Below are positions 1 through 15,901 of a stretch of DNA of 64,000 bases, in pieces. The position numbers and the translations under genes were made by a program. The notes under the pieces are model-generated. The model searched no databases. It was not told the origin of the DNA and saw nothing but the letters and a program-made list of their open reading frames with translations. Each line of letters opens with the position of its first letter. The first letter of the stretch is position 1. Origin of the DNA: the human T2T-CHM13v2.0 reference genome, Homo sapiens; NCBI RefSeq assembly GCF_009914755.1, contig NC_060933.1; one strand, given 5' to 3'.

Positions 1-94
1 CACAAATATACATCACACTGGAGACAGGCCAGGCTTGGCATCCAGTAGCTCTTCAATTTAGGTTTGCCCTGCCACCCAAAGAGGGCATACTTAA

Positions 95-345
95 GGCTTG
101 GCGCGGTGGCTCACGCCTGTAATTCCAACACTTTGGGAGGTGAGGTGGGCAGATCACTTGAGGCCAGGAGTTTGAGACAAGACTCGCCAACATGGTAAAA
201 CCCTGTCTCTACTAAAAATACAAAAAGAGGCAGGAGAATCACTTGAACTGGGAGGTGGAAGTTGCAATTAGCCTAGATGGTGCCACTGCACTACAGCCTG
301 GGCGACAGAGTGAGACTCTGTCTCAAAAACAAAACAAAACAAAAC
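95..345 (+). mobile_element. AluS with internal deletion of about 50 nt
   Basis: GGCTTGGCGCGGTGGCTCACGCCTGTAAT start; the linker TACTAAAAATACAAAAA joins directly to GAGGCAGGAGAATC; (CAAAA)n tail. Confidence 0.95.
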
Positions 346-1038
346 ACCACCACAAAACACACACAAAGTGGGCACCCTTTATTCCATTGAGCAACCTTGC
401 CCCAATTTCCAGTAATATTTTCCTCAAATAAAAATGTGGTCTCCTAGGTACATACCAGGCAGCTCTTGTTTAAAGTGGAGAATTTACCAAAAGTAAGTGA
501 TAGAACCAGGGGCCCTTGTACCTGTGGCTCAGGCCCCATGGGAACTGCGATCTGTTTATGGGCTTTAAGCAGAAAGCCCCAGGTTCTAAGGGGTCAGGGT
601 GCCAAGGTGGCCTGGATAAGTGGATTAGGGGTTTGGAGCCAATGTCCACTCTCCATGTGTGACCCAGGGCAAACTATTGAGACTCTGCAGACTGCATGTC
701 CTTAACCATGAGATGGTGAAATAGCCATGTCTGCTTCATGGTTCCATTGTAACAAGTAAATCACATGCATGGTGCTCAAGGCCAGGGTTGGCACCCTATG
801 AGCACTCTGTAGGCTGCAACCGCTGCTCTCACTGCAACCCCTGAGGTGCCTGTCCTCACCACCAGCTGCACATTCCAGGATGAAGTTTGGATGCTTGCAT
901 CATCAGGAGTCACCAGGAACAGCCTAAGTACTGATGTAAACATAAATCTTAAAATGCTGCTGTCTACAGATACAAAAAATACAGGCACCCAGGTCAAACT
1001 AGGCAATGCGATGTGTGTGTTCATGCTTTATGTGTGTG

Positions 1039-2125
1039 CAGTCAAGTGCCGCATAGTGATGTCTGGGTCAACACTGGACCACATAGGGTCCGGTGGTCCC
1101 TTAGGTTACAGTGCAGCTGAAAAATTCCTATCATCTAGTGACCAACGCATTGCTGACGCAAATCTGTGATGAAAAGAAGAAACAAACCAAGCAAACCATC
1201 ATGATCGTGTTTCTGAAAAGAGTGACATCTCCTCAAGAAGAGCCTCAGGCAGGTCCTGCAGGAGGGACTCCAGAAAAAGGCATTGTTATCACAGATGACA
1301 GCTCCATGCGCACAGATGACAGCTCCATGCGTGTTACTGTCCCTGAAGACCTTCCAGTGGGACAAGAAGTGGAGGTGGAAGACAGTGATATGGATGATAC
1401 TGACCCTGTGGAGGCCTCGGCTAATGTATGTGTTTGTGTCTTGGTTTTTTTTTTTTTTTTTCACAAAACAATTCAAACGGTTTAAAAAATTAAACATTTT
1501 AAAATAGAAAAAAGCTTATAGAATAGGGATAGAAAGAAAATATTTTTGTCCAGCTATACAATGTGTTTGTGTCTTAAGCAAAGAATTATTATAAAAGAGT
1601 AAAAATGTTTTTTAAAAAAATTTAAGTTTAGACAGTAAAAATGTTATGGTAGGCTAAGGATAATTAATTATTAAAGAAAGAAAATTTTTAATAAACTTAG
1701 TGTAGTCTAAGTGTACAGTATTTATAATGTCTGCTTGAGTATACAGTAATGTCCTAGGCCTTCACATTCACCCCCACTCACTGACTCACCCAGAGCAACT
1801 TGCAACCCTGCCAGCTCCATTCATGGTGAGTGTCCTATACAGGTGTACCATTTTTTATTTTTTAGACTGTATTTTTACTGTACCTTTTCTATGTTTATAT
1901 TGTTTCAATATACAAATACTTGCTATTGTATTACAGTTGCCTACAATTTTCAATAAAGTAACATGCCGAACAGGTTTATAGTCTAGGAGCAATAGGCTAT
2001 ATTAGACAGCCTAAGTGTGTATGCAGCTAGGTTTGTGTGAGTACACTATGATGTTCGCACAAGGACACAATCACCTAATGATGCATTTCTTAGGCAGATC
2101 CACATCGTTAAGCAATGCATGACTA
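1039..2125 (+). mobile_element. Tigger3b/MER7-type non-autonomous DNA transposon
   Basis: Termini CAGTCAAGTGCCGCATAG and CGTTAAGCAATGCATGACT match Tigger3 TIRs; internal GCTGAAAAATTCCTATC and GTACACTATGATGTTCGCAC motifs. Confidence 0.85.
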
Positions 2126-2335
2126 TATATGCTTATATGAGTGTGTGCATGTACATGTTTGTGGGTATGTATGTGGATGTATATAAATGTGAATGTATAT
2201 ACATGTGTATGTTCGTGTTTTTCCATGTATACGTGCTTGTGTGTGTATGTATACATGAATGGTATATATCTTTGTGGATGTAAGTGTGTAAGGGTGTATG
2301 CAAATGTGCATAATTGTGTGTGTTTATATATGTTT
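2126..2335. repeat. (TG/TA)-rich low-complexity tract
   Basis: Degenerate TGTA/TGTG repeats. Confidence 0.9.
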
Positions 2336-2977
2336 TGGGGGATAACACATGATGTCAGAGTGTAAATCTATGCATCTCATTCCTTCAGCCCTACCTAGGT
2401 CTCACAGAGTTTCTCAGTTTACAAAAATCACTGTCAGGTACAGCTATGCTGATACTCATTCACACAGTGTCCAAAGGGATGTTCCAACTGTCTTTATAGC
2501 ATTTGCATTAGCATAAATATTACATTAGTGGGACCATTTAGAATGGGCTTCTCTCTCAAGAGACTCCACAACACAATTCTTGAAACACTCAAGTCTGACA
2601 AATGGGGATCACATTTAAATAAAATATTGAGACAACTCAGTTAAGTGACTGACAACCAGAGGGGGAGCGAGGCATAGTTAATAATTTCTTCTTAAAGAAA
2701 AAATGTATTTCTAAAATACTTGTGGATCTGTTTCCTAAATTGCTTCATAATCTATAGAGGCAATTGCCCTTTAAACATCTTGCATAATATTAATGTCCTT
2801 TTAAAGTTATAATCAACTTTCTTTCCATCTATTTCATCCATTTTCCAAGTTGGCATGAGTTATGGGCTCTTCCCTGAGCTCTTCTTTCCTCCAAAATTAT
2901 TGTAAAATCCAATTATTGTAAAATCCAATTATGGCCTAATATTCAGTACTCTCTGGAATTGGAGAAGCTGCCTATAG

Positions 2978-3348
<371 letters not shown>

Positions 3349-3588
3349 ACAAAGGAGGCATATTTTCATTGTAAGTGGAACCAAGATCATCATACAAAAT
3401 AAGCAGGTCTACATGCAATGCCATCGTCTTGTCAGTATTTTAATGAAACTGTACAGCTGGTATGCAGATATGTAGCTAATGCCAAGAGAAGTTTCCAAGT
3501 CTATCATGACCTGTCTGTGCTCACTTGCAAAGAACAGAACTCACTCAAGCCACTTCAAGTGAGCAAGGATGTATGGCAGGGTATTAAA

Positions 3589-3815
3589 AGGAGTTCGAGA
3601 CCAGCCTGGCCAAATGGTGAAACCCCATCTCTACTAAAAATACAAAAATTTTAGTGGGGGTGGTTGTGCACACCTGTAATCCCAACTACTCAGGAGTCTG
3701 AGGCAGGAGAATCACTTGAACCCGGGAGGCGGAGGTTGAAGCGAGCCGAAATAGAGCCACTGCACTCCAGCCTGGGCAACAGAGTGAGACTCCATCTCAA
3801 AAAAAAAAAAAAAAA
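3589..3815 (+). mobile_element. 5'-truncated AluS
   Basis: Begins at GGAGTTCGAGACCAGCCTGG; right arm and poly(A) present. Confidence 0.95.
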
Positions 3816-3819
3816 CTAG

Positions 3820-3975
3820 CAGCTACTGGCACTGGGCACCGGCCATGTGCCAGGAGCTCTTGTAAGTACCTTGTAGGCAATAATTCCCATCCGGTCTCAC
3901 AACACCCCATGCAGTAGATCATACTATGCTTGCCATCTTACAGAGGAGGAGGTTAAGGCACCAGAGGAGAGGCAC
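3820..3975 (-). mobile_element. MIR fragment
   Basis: CTCACAACACCCCATG...CCATCTTACAGAGGAGGAGGTTAAGGC resembles the antisense MIR core. Confidence 0.65.
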
Positions 3976-4399
3976 TCACCAGCCTGACCCCAGAATTTAC
4001 CCTGTGAACTAGGCCCCAGGACCATAGCACAGCACGGGGCTATGAGCAGGATCAAGCTCGCTCTTCACTTTTTCTATGTTCCTGGTTGTTTTCTGCTCAG
4101 GAAGTGCCTTCTAAACCAATTTGTTCCTTTCAGGGCTTTCCTAAGCCCTTCAGCATCGAGTCCAGTTACACATTTATTTTCCTGTAACCTCAGATCTCTT
4201 AGGTTAATGGGATATAATCATATATGTCAAAATACCCCCTATTATGATAGAGTTTTTCACAATTTTAAAGCTATTCTTTTGATTTTGAAAGCAAGTTCTG
4301 TATTTTCATCACAATGAGATGTGTCCCTATAAAACCTTGCATAAATGCCATTTACATATTCTCTCTCTTATACACACACTCATACACACACAGAGAGAC

Positions 4400-5356
4400 A
4401 ATTGAAGATAGTCCATAAGTCCCTTACTTAAACTGGTCATAAGATGTCTTTGTCACATAGAATAAAATAAATATCTTGAGTCCATACGAGTAGAATAAAT
4501 AACAGAATAAAATGGGTAAGTAAATGGGGGAGGAGAGAGAGGTCATATGGAAGAATTCTACTAACAAATGCAGAAAGAATAAGGAAAATACAAAATCATC
4601 ATTTGGTGAACACCACAGTAATGGTGGTTGCAGGCAAAGTCTGCCAAATGTTTGTGGATAAAAGGGATATTTGCCTAGTGCCAAAGTATCTCCCCACAAA
4701 ATGTCTATTAATCAGAGTGAAAAATATAGATGTCTATTCATACAAAGGGAAAAATTAATAGAAAAGGAAAACTAGTTCTTATTTATGTTTACTTTATAAT
4801 TTCTTATTGTATTTCTTATGTCTTACATTTTTTATTGATATTTACTACTTGTGCACTAAGCAATGAAGCAGACACTACCTTAACCCAATGATCAAGGCTA
4901 ACAAAACCAACAATGACACATATTACATCACGTGCCCCTGCTGCACTGCACTGACAAAGGCACTTCTGAGGTCTTCTTGCCTAAAACTCATACTCTCCAT
5001 CAAATCATAAGAAAACATCAGACAAACCCAAATTGAAAGACGTTCTTCAAAATAACTGACCAGTGCCCTTCAAAAGTGTCAAGATCAAGAGAAACAAGGA
5101 AAGACTGAGAAGCTATCCCAGATTGGAGTATATTAAGGAGCAAGAGCTCAGTGCACTGTGGGATCTGGATTGGATCCTGGGACAGCTAAATGATGTTACA
5201 GGAACATGGGAAAACCTAAATGAAGTCTGTAGTTAATAGCATTACACCAGTGTTGGCCCCTGATTTTTTATAGATGAAGGTTATATAGTCACTCTGATTT
5301 TTTTTTTTTTGCAACCTTTCTGTAAGTCTAAAAGTATATCAAAATTAAAAGTTACT
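4400..5356 (+). mobile_element. Old L1M (L1MC/MD-like) 3' UTR fragment
   Basis: AAACATCAGACAAACCCAAATTGA, GGATTGGATCCTGG and terminal TTTTGCAACCTTTCTGTAAGTCTAAA motifs. Confidence 0.75.
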
Positions 5357-6266
5357 ACAGAAAAAGACATCTGGGTCAGGCAAGCTCAGGTATGCTCCCT
5401 TGTCACCAGGATAGAGCCTGAATCTTCCTTCTCCCCATTCCCCCGGTCAACCCCCAGGCTCCTGTCCAGTGCCAGCCAGAGTTGGGGAGCTTTAAACCAC
5501 TTCAGTACCGCTCTTGGAAGGACACAGACTTTTTATTTATTTGGAGGGCTTTGCAGAGAAGCTGTTACTGGATTTTATGAAATGACGAAAGTAGTACGTG
5601 CTCATTGTAATAAGTCAAAGAAAGAACATGTATAAAGGAAACAGCAATAAATGACTCATCCTGCCACAGTTCATCCCCACCCCATTGACAGCATTGGCAT
5701 GCAGCCTCCTGCACGCTCACCGTGCACATACGGACCACAGAGGCCTGTGGTTCTCTCTCCTACACGCACAGAGAAATGGACTCAGATCACAAATATTATC
5801 ATATTCTGAAACTTGCTTTTTCATTTAACAATTCATCATGGGTATTTCTTGGATACAGAGATATAGAATTCTACCTAACGTTTAGAGAGCTGCATTCTAT
5901 TCCGATATTCTATAGTATGATTGTATTCTGGTTTAGTCGACCAATCTTTTTTTGATGAATATTTGTATCATTTCCACTTTTTGCCATTATAAGCAATAAA
6001 TATATCTTTATCTATTGGCATTTTTGTTCCTGAAGAACAGTCTCTAAAAGGAAGGATTGTTATGATGAAACATTCTTATTTTAATAAATACTCTTGTATT
6101 ACTTTCCATAACTATTTTAACAATCGCATTCCCACTAGCAATGCATGGAGAGCCTTTTTCTTCCCTCAAACTCTCACAAGCCTTCATTCATTCGGCAAGG
6201 ATTTTTTGCAGGGCCGACTGTGTCTCACTCAATTAAAATGTTGCTTTAACATATATTAAATTCCCA

Positions 6267-6545
6267 GCCGGGTAAGGTAACTCATGCTTGTAATCCCAGC
6301 ACTTTGGGAAGCTGAGGCAGGTGGATCACTTGAGGCCAGGAGTTCAAGACCAGCCTGGCCAACATGGCGAAACCCCATCTCTACTGAAAATACAAAAATT
6401 AGGCAGGCGTGGTGGTGTGCACCTGTAATTCCAGCTACTCAGGAAGCTGAGGCACGAGAATCACTTGAACCCAAGAGGCGGAGGTTGCAGTGTGCCAGGA
6501 TTATACCACTGCACTCCAGCTTAGGTGATAGAGCAAAACTGTGTA
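6267..6545 (+). mobile_element. AluS whose tail is a long polypurine tract
   Basis: Full Alu body; TSD ATATATTAAA(T/A)TCCCA at 6251-6266 and 6938-6953. Confidence 0.95.
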
Positions 6546-6937
6546 GAAGGAAGGGAAGGGAAAGGAAGGGGAAGGGAGGGGAGGGGAGGGGAGAGAGGGA
6601 GAGGGGAGGGGAGGAGAGAGGAGGGGAGGGGAGGAGAGGGGAGGGGAGGGGAGGAGAAGGGAGGGGAGGGGAGGAGAGGGGAGGGGAGGGGAGGAGAAGG
6701 GAGGGGAGGGGAGGAGAGGGGAGGGGAGGGGAGGGGAGGGGAGGGAAAGGGAGAAGGAAGGAAAGGGAGCGAAGGGAGAAGGAAGGGAAAGAAAGAGAAA
6801 GAAAAAGAAAGAAAAAGAAAGAAAAAGGAAGGAAGGAAGGATGCAAGGAAGGAACGAAGAAAGGAAGGAAGGAAAGAAAGGAAGAAAGAAAAGAAAAAGG
6901 AAAGAAAGAAAAAAGGAAGAAAGAGAAAGAAAAGAAA
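6546..6937. repeat. Polypurine (GGGGA)n/(GAAG)n/(GAAA)n tract
   Basis: About 390 nt almost entirely A/G. Confidence 0.97.
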
Positions 6938-7747
6938 ATATATTAAAATCCCATATATATTTGGACCTATTTCTGGTCTATGGGCCTCTTTCATTTTTTT
7001 CCTACCCATTCTACTCTGATTACAGTAGCTTTAGAGTATAATAAGTTTTACTATTAAGTAGAGCAGGCTGCCCAATACCATGTTTCTTTTCTAAAGTTTT
7101 CTTGGCAATTCTTACTCATTTATTTTTCTTTAGGAAATTTAAAATAATTTCCGCTCAACTCAAATACATTTTATTGGCATTATATTTCATATTGCATCAC
7201 ATGTGTAAAATAAAGATATACAATTTATTAATGTTTTCAGTATGTTAAATATCTTCAAAATGTATAAGCACAAACTTCAGTTTTGTATAATATATATATA
7301 TTTTTTCAACTATTCACATTTTTAAGATTTAAATATTCCCCTCCAGAAGTATGGAATTGCTCTCTATTTACTCAAGAATTGATCTACATCCTACACAGAG
7401 ATTTATACCTTTCTCTGAGTATGTCTTGAACTTTTTGGTAAAATTTATTTTCTAGGGATTTTAGGTTTGGGGAGATGTTTTAATCTCACTCCCATGAGAA
7501 AACTAGCTGCTACTAAAAAAGAGAAGATACTGTTGATTTTGTTTCCAGCTACCTCTTAAAATATTCTAATTCTATTATTTATTTTGGCAAAAGCCCTGAG
7601 GTTTTCTAAATATGTAATCACATCATCTGCAAATAGAAAATCAAATTTTCTGTTATTTCTGATGTTTAGTTCACTACACATAAGGCTCCATAAAGGCGAA
7701 AATTTTTGTTTGGTTTTTCAATATTGTATCCTAAGCTTGGCACATAG

Positions 7748-8111
7748 TGATATGGATTGGCTGTGTCCCCACCCAAATCTCATCTTGCATTGTAGCTCCC
7801 ATAATTCCCATATAATGTGGGAGGGACCTGGTGGGAGATGATTGAATCATGGGGGCAGTTTTCCCTCATACTGTTCTCCTGGTAGTGAATAAGTCTCACA
7901 AGATCTGATGGTCTTATAAGGGGTTTCCTTTTTTCACTTGGCTCTCATTCCCTCTTGCCTGCCACCATGTAAGGCGTGTCTTTTGCCTTCCGCCATGATT
8001 CTGAGGCCTCCCCAGCCACGTGGAACTGAGAGTCCATTAAACCTCTTTTTCTTTATAAATTACTCAGTCTCTGTTATGTCGTTATCAGCAGCATGAAGAC
8101 AGACTAATACA
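7748..8111 (+). mobile_element. THE1C/D-type MaLR solo LTR, inserted in an L2 3' end remnant
   Basis: TGATATGG...CTAATACA termini; 5-bp TSD CATAG at 7743-7747 and 8112-8116. Confidence 0.93.
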
Positions 8112-8225
8112 CATAGTAAACTTTCAGTAAGTATCTATAATAATAAGTATTATTCATAAAGGAGGAAGGAAGGAAGGAAGAGGGGGAAGGAGGATTTTGT
8201 TGCCAAATGTAATACTTGCTATTGG

Positions 8226-8515
8226 TTGTTTTTTTTTTTTTTTGGGGGGACGGAGTCTCGCTCTGTCACCCAGGCTGGAGTGCAGTGGCGCAATCTCAGC
8301 TCACTGCAAGCTCCGCCTCCCAGGTTCACGCCATTCTCCTGCCTCAGCCTCTCCGAGTAGCTGGGACTACAGGCACCCGCCACCACACCCGGCTAATTTT
8401 TGTATTTTTAGTAGAGACTGGGTTTCACCGTGGTCTCGATCTCCTGACCTCGTGATCCGCCTGCCTCGGCCTCCCAAAGTGCTGGGATTACAAGCGTGAG
8501 CCACCGCGCCCGGCC
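8226..8515 (-). mobile_element. AluY of the Yd lineage (12-bp left-arm deletion)
   Basis: Y diagnostics (GCAAGCTCCG, GTTCACGCCATTC); TTTCACCGTGGTCTCGATC lacks the usual GTTAGCCAGGAT. Confidence 0.85.
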
Positions 8516-9199
8516 TGCTGTTGGGTTTTAAGGAGGGAAACAGTATTTTGTTGCCAAATGTAATCATTGCTATTGGGTTTTAACAAATTGTCTTACACAT
8601 ATAGGCAATTTATCATGGAACCGTCTCTGCTGCATGACCTTTGACATCTAACCTGGATTAAAGAGCCTCATGATTGCCTGTGGCATCTGGGCCTGTTTCC
8701 TTTAACAAAACAGGTTTCTACCTGCCAGTTCCCAGGCCTGCATCTCTTCTACTCCGGAATAAGATAGAAAAGGAGCTAGCGTTTGCAGAGTGCCTGCTCT
8801 GTGCCAAGTGCTGTGCTAGGTGAATTTTATGAACCTCTCATTCTAGTCTCCTAAAAGCCCCTGAGGGAGATATTATTCTGGTTCTTAAGTATTTCTTACT
8901 CTTGCCTCTGGTGAATATTTGTATTGGAATGATCAGTCCCTACAGAGTAAATATTGCTCACTTAACTAGAAGGCACTTCACAAAAAGTAAATCTCACATC
9001 TAAATGTTTGCCACAAATCAACTCTCAAAGTCACCCTCTACCTTATTCACCAGGTTTGCTTTTGAATGACAATTTTATTGTTTTAAAAAGAAAAAATGTC
9101 AATCTCTGGATGACAAAAATTTCCCCTCTTGTGCATAGTCAAAAGAAAATATTGCCTGCTCCGAACATGTTTCTTAAAGTAGCATTTTAAAGCTGTGTG

Positions 9200-10170
<971 letters not shown>

Positions 10171-10454
10171 TAACTGTTTGAGTGGGAGCAGTGTGCTTTT
10201 CCTCTCCCCATGCTGCCTGCAGGTGGGTATTAGTTTATTGGAAAATAAGTAATAACAGCATAGAGCATGGAGTCAGACAGACGGACTTCCACGTCTGGCT
10301 CTGCGGGGTCTCAGCTGTGGGACCTGAGGGCAGTCACCACACCCTGAGCCCTGGGTGATTATGTGGAATTTATACATCAGGTTTATCTCCAATGCCCAGC
10401 ACAGAGCCTGCCCCATGGAGGCTGCTGGTGTGAAAACACAGACAGTAACCCACT

Positions 10455-10807
10455 TGTATTAGTCCATTTTCACACTCTTGATAAAGACATGCCCAAGACT
10501 GGGCAATTTATGAAAGAAAGAGGTTTAATTGGACTTACAGTTCCACGTGGCTGGGGAAGCCTCACAAACATGGCGAAGGCAAGGAGGAGCAAGTCACATC
10601 TTACATGGATGGTGGCAGACAGAGAGAGAACTTATGCAGGGGAGCTCCTTTTTAAAAACCATCGGATCTCATGAGACATATTCTCTATCATGAGAACAGC
10701 ATGGGAAAGACTTGCCCTCATGATTCAATTACCTCCCACCAGGTCCCTCCCACAACATGTGGGAATTCAAGATGAGAGTTGGATGGAGATACAGCCAAAC
10801 CATATCA
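10455..10807 (-). mobile_element. THE1A/B MaLR solo LTR
   Basis: TGTATTAGTCCATTTTCAC...CAGCCAAACCATATCA termini; about 350 bp. Confidence 0.93.
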
Positions 10808-10934
10808 CCTGAATCTCATATCCTTGGGAAATATTGCTGCTTAATTCTCTAATTGTGAGAAACATGCTCATTTGATTGTTCTATATCTGTTTCTTAAACT
10901 ACAGCCAAAACTTCAATCACCAAAACAATCTTTA

Positions 10935-12300
10935 ATATTTCATAACTTAGTAAAAAGCTATGGTAACCAAGAAAGCATGTACTGGCAGAAAGATAGTGAT
11001 ATTGTTTAACAGAACAGAATTAAGAGTCCAGAAATGAACCCTACATTTATGGTCAATTGGTTTTCAACAAGGGCATCAAGACAACTCAGTGGGGGAAAGC
11101 ACAGTCTTTTCAACAAATGGTGCTGGCACAACTAGATAACCCCTCTGAAAAGAATGAAGTTGGACTTCCGACTTCACAACACTTACAAAAATTAACTCAA
11201 AATGGATCATGGGCACAAATGTAAGAGCTAAACCACAACACTGAAGAAAATATAGGAGTAAGTCTTCAGGACCTTGGGTTAGGCAGTATTTTCTTAGATG
11301 CAACACCACAAGTAAAAGATAAATTGGACTTGATCTATTAACAACTTTTGTGCTGCAAGCAATACCAACAAGGAAATAAAAAGACAACCCACAACCCACA
11401 GAATGGGACGTGATCCTGTATTTGAGAAACACATATGATGTGTATCTAGAATATATTTAAAGAAACCTATAACTCAACAATAAACAAAAAATCCAATTTA
11501 AAAATGAGCAAAGGATTTGGTAGGTTTTTGTCCAAAGAAGATATATAAACATCCAATATGCTCATGAAAAGATGTTTAACATCGTTAGACATTGGGGAAA
11601 TGCAATTCAAAAACACAATGAAATACCACTTCACACCAACTGGGATGGCTGTAACAAAAATAACAAGTGTTGGCAAGGATGTGGAGAAGTTGGAATCTTC
11701 ATATATTGCTTGGAGGAATGTAAAATGGTGCAGATATATTGGAAAACAATTTGGCAGTTCCTTCAAATGTTAAATGTAGAGTTGCTATATGACCTAGAAA
11801 TTTTACTCCTAGGCATCTACTCAAGAGAAAAGAAAATATATATCCACACAGAAACTTATAAGCAAATGTCCATGGCAGTGTTATTCATAATAGCCAAAAA
11901 GTAGGAACAATTCAAATCTCCATCAACTGACAGATTTTTAAGATGTGATATATCCATTCAGTGGGCATTACTTGATAATGAAATGAAATGAAATATTGTC
12001 ACATACTAAACATGAATATACCTGAAAACATATACTAAATGAAAAAGTCAGACCCAAAGGGCACACGCTGTATGGTTTATTTATATGAACTGTCCAGAAT
12101 AGGCAAATCTATAAAGCCAAAACCACACTAGCAGTTGCAAAGGGCTTGGGGTGAGATGGAAAATGCTAATGCAACAGATACGAAGTTTCTTTTTGAAGGG
12201 ACAAAAATCTAAGATTAGATTGCAGTAATGGTTGCACAAGCTTGTAAATATACTAAAAAAAAACAATGAATTGTACACTTTAAGCAGGTAAAAAGTTGTG
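10935..12300 (+). mobile_element. L1MB-like ORF2 C-terminus and 3' UTR, decayed
   Basis: TTTTCAACAAATGGTGCTGG and AAAATTAACTCAAAATGGATCA motifs; the ORF at 11558 resembles the ORF2 C-terminal region (MKRC...TMKYHFTP...CW). Confidence 0.9.
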
Positions 12301-12320
12301 TAGAATAAGACACATAATAG

Positions 12321-12905
<585 letters not shown>

Positions 12906-13079
12906 TAGTGACAATGACTCAGTGGCTCAAAAAGCCTTTTTGGATGCCTACTCACTTTGGGATAATTAATTTTTATTCCTGAGTCGATCCTGGGTAGGTG
13001 AATCATGCGTTTGCGTAAACAGTACTGGTGAATGGTCCCATTGTAGACATGAAGTTCTGCACTTGCTTTTAAGGCTAGC

Positions 13080-13164
13080 ATTTACTCATTTGCCTTTTAA
13101 ACCTGTCATCATGTGCCCTTCTAATAAACATCTTGAAACTGTCTGTCCATGTCATACATGCATG

Positions 13165-13198
<34 letters not shown>
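13080..13198 (+). repeat. Left copy of inverted duplication: 74-bp core with AATAAA, then (TG)n
   Basis: 69/74 identity to the reverse complement of 14692-14765. Confidence 0.95.
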
Positions 13199-13656
13199 AG
13201 CATACTACTTCTGACCCCCGCCCCCCAGGCCCTCCAGCTGGAGCACTCTGTTGCTCTTGATTGTTAGCAGGTCCCAGATACTTTTTTCAAGGAGTTGTTT
13301 TTTTCCTACATATTTACATAGTTTTTACTTTAAAATTATCAAGCACTGGAAAAATCACCTGGGGGTAGAAAGAAAAAACATCAATATGTTGATCACATTG
13401 ATGATTGATTTCTATTTTTATTTCTGGATCTTTCTAGAGTTTTAATTTTTTAATGAACAGTGGTTATCTATATTTTTTAAGCTATAAAAACTTGCTACAT
13501 TCATAGCTCCCAAGGTCTGCCCTAATTTTGCTTTCTGCGGTGTGTAATATATGGCATTTGCTTTTGCAACACTCCTCTACAATGTTCAGAGCTTCATTTA
13601 TGTCAGGCTATTAGGGAATTTAATGAATAACTTTTCCCCAAAAGAAAAGATTCATA

Positions 13657-13980
<324 letters not shown>

Positions 13981-14193
13981 CTAGTTAATTTCATTTACTC
14001 AATACTTTTCAGAAATTGAAGAAGCTCTTTTTCACCAGCTACTAAACAAAAGCAATTTATTCAACTAGGTTTTCTTTGCATGAGTTGTTCTGTATGTAAC
14101 AAGAAAGCAAGAAAATAAATATTTTTAAATGTCACACTTCCCTGCAAAAATAATCACAATAATAATAATAATAATAATGAATAAGAGTTTATA

Positions 14194-14518
<325 letters not shown>

Positions 14519-14643
14519 AAGAGCTTATAGACAGTAGGATGACTTCCTCAGCAATGTAGCCTAGATAGATCAGAAAACTTGCAAGCATTTCATTGAGCAG
14601 TTACTGTGTAACATCTTGCATGTCTACTCAGACGCAGATGGAA

Positions 14644-14651
14644 ACACACAT

Positions 14652-14691
<40 letters not shown>

Positions 14692-14765
14692 GACATGGAC
14701 GGACAGTTTCAAGATGTTTATTAGGAGGGCACATGCTGACAGGTTTAAAACGCAAATGAGAAAAT
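14644..14765 (-). repeat. Right copy of inverted duplication: (CA)n plus 74-bp core
   Basis: Reverse complement of 13080-13153 with 5 mismatches; TTTATT at 14717-14722. Confidence 0.95.
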
Positions 14766-14990
14766 ACATGCAATGCTCTTCTTGAACAATTCAATGCCCT
14801 GTTACGGTCACTTTTCCAGCCTCTGACCAGATGCCTAGCAAAGCTGTCTTGAAAGATGCTGAGAAAATATTTTGAGACACACGCACGCACACACACGTGA
14901 ATATATCCTAGATATATATTAAAATACATACTTCATGGAATTGGCTCACATGATTATGAGAGCTGGCAAGTATAAAATCTGTAGGGCAGG

Positions 14991-15901
<911 letters not shown>

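Larger units (their letters stand above)
5800..7650 (-). mobile_element. Highly decayed L1M fragments, interrupted by an Alu
   Basis: T-rich antisense L1-like motifs such as ATTCCCACTAGCAATGCATGGAGAG and ATCACATCATCTGCAAATAG. Confidence 0.5.

Noticed and set aside
1111-1485. Acidic 124-aa ORF
   Set aside because: It lies inside a non-autonomous Tigger3 element with no intact transposase
6284-7019. Long ORFs (135-220 aa) rich in G/R/E/K or P/S/L/F
   Set aside because: They are translations of an Alu plus a stop-poor polypurine tract
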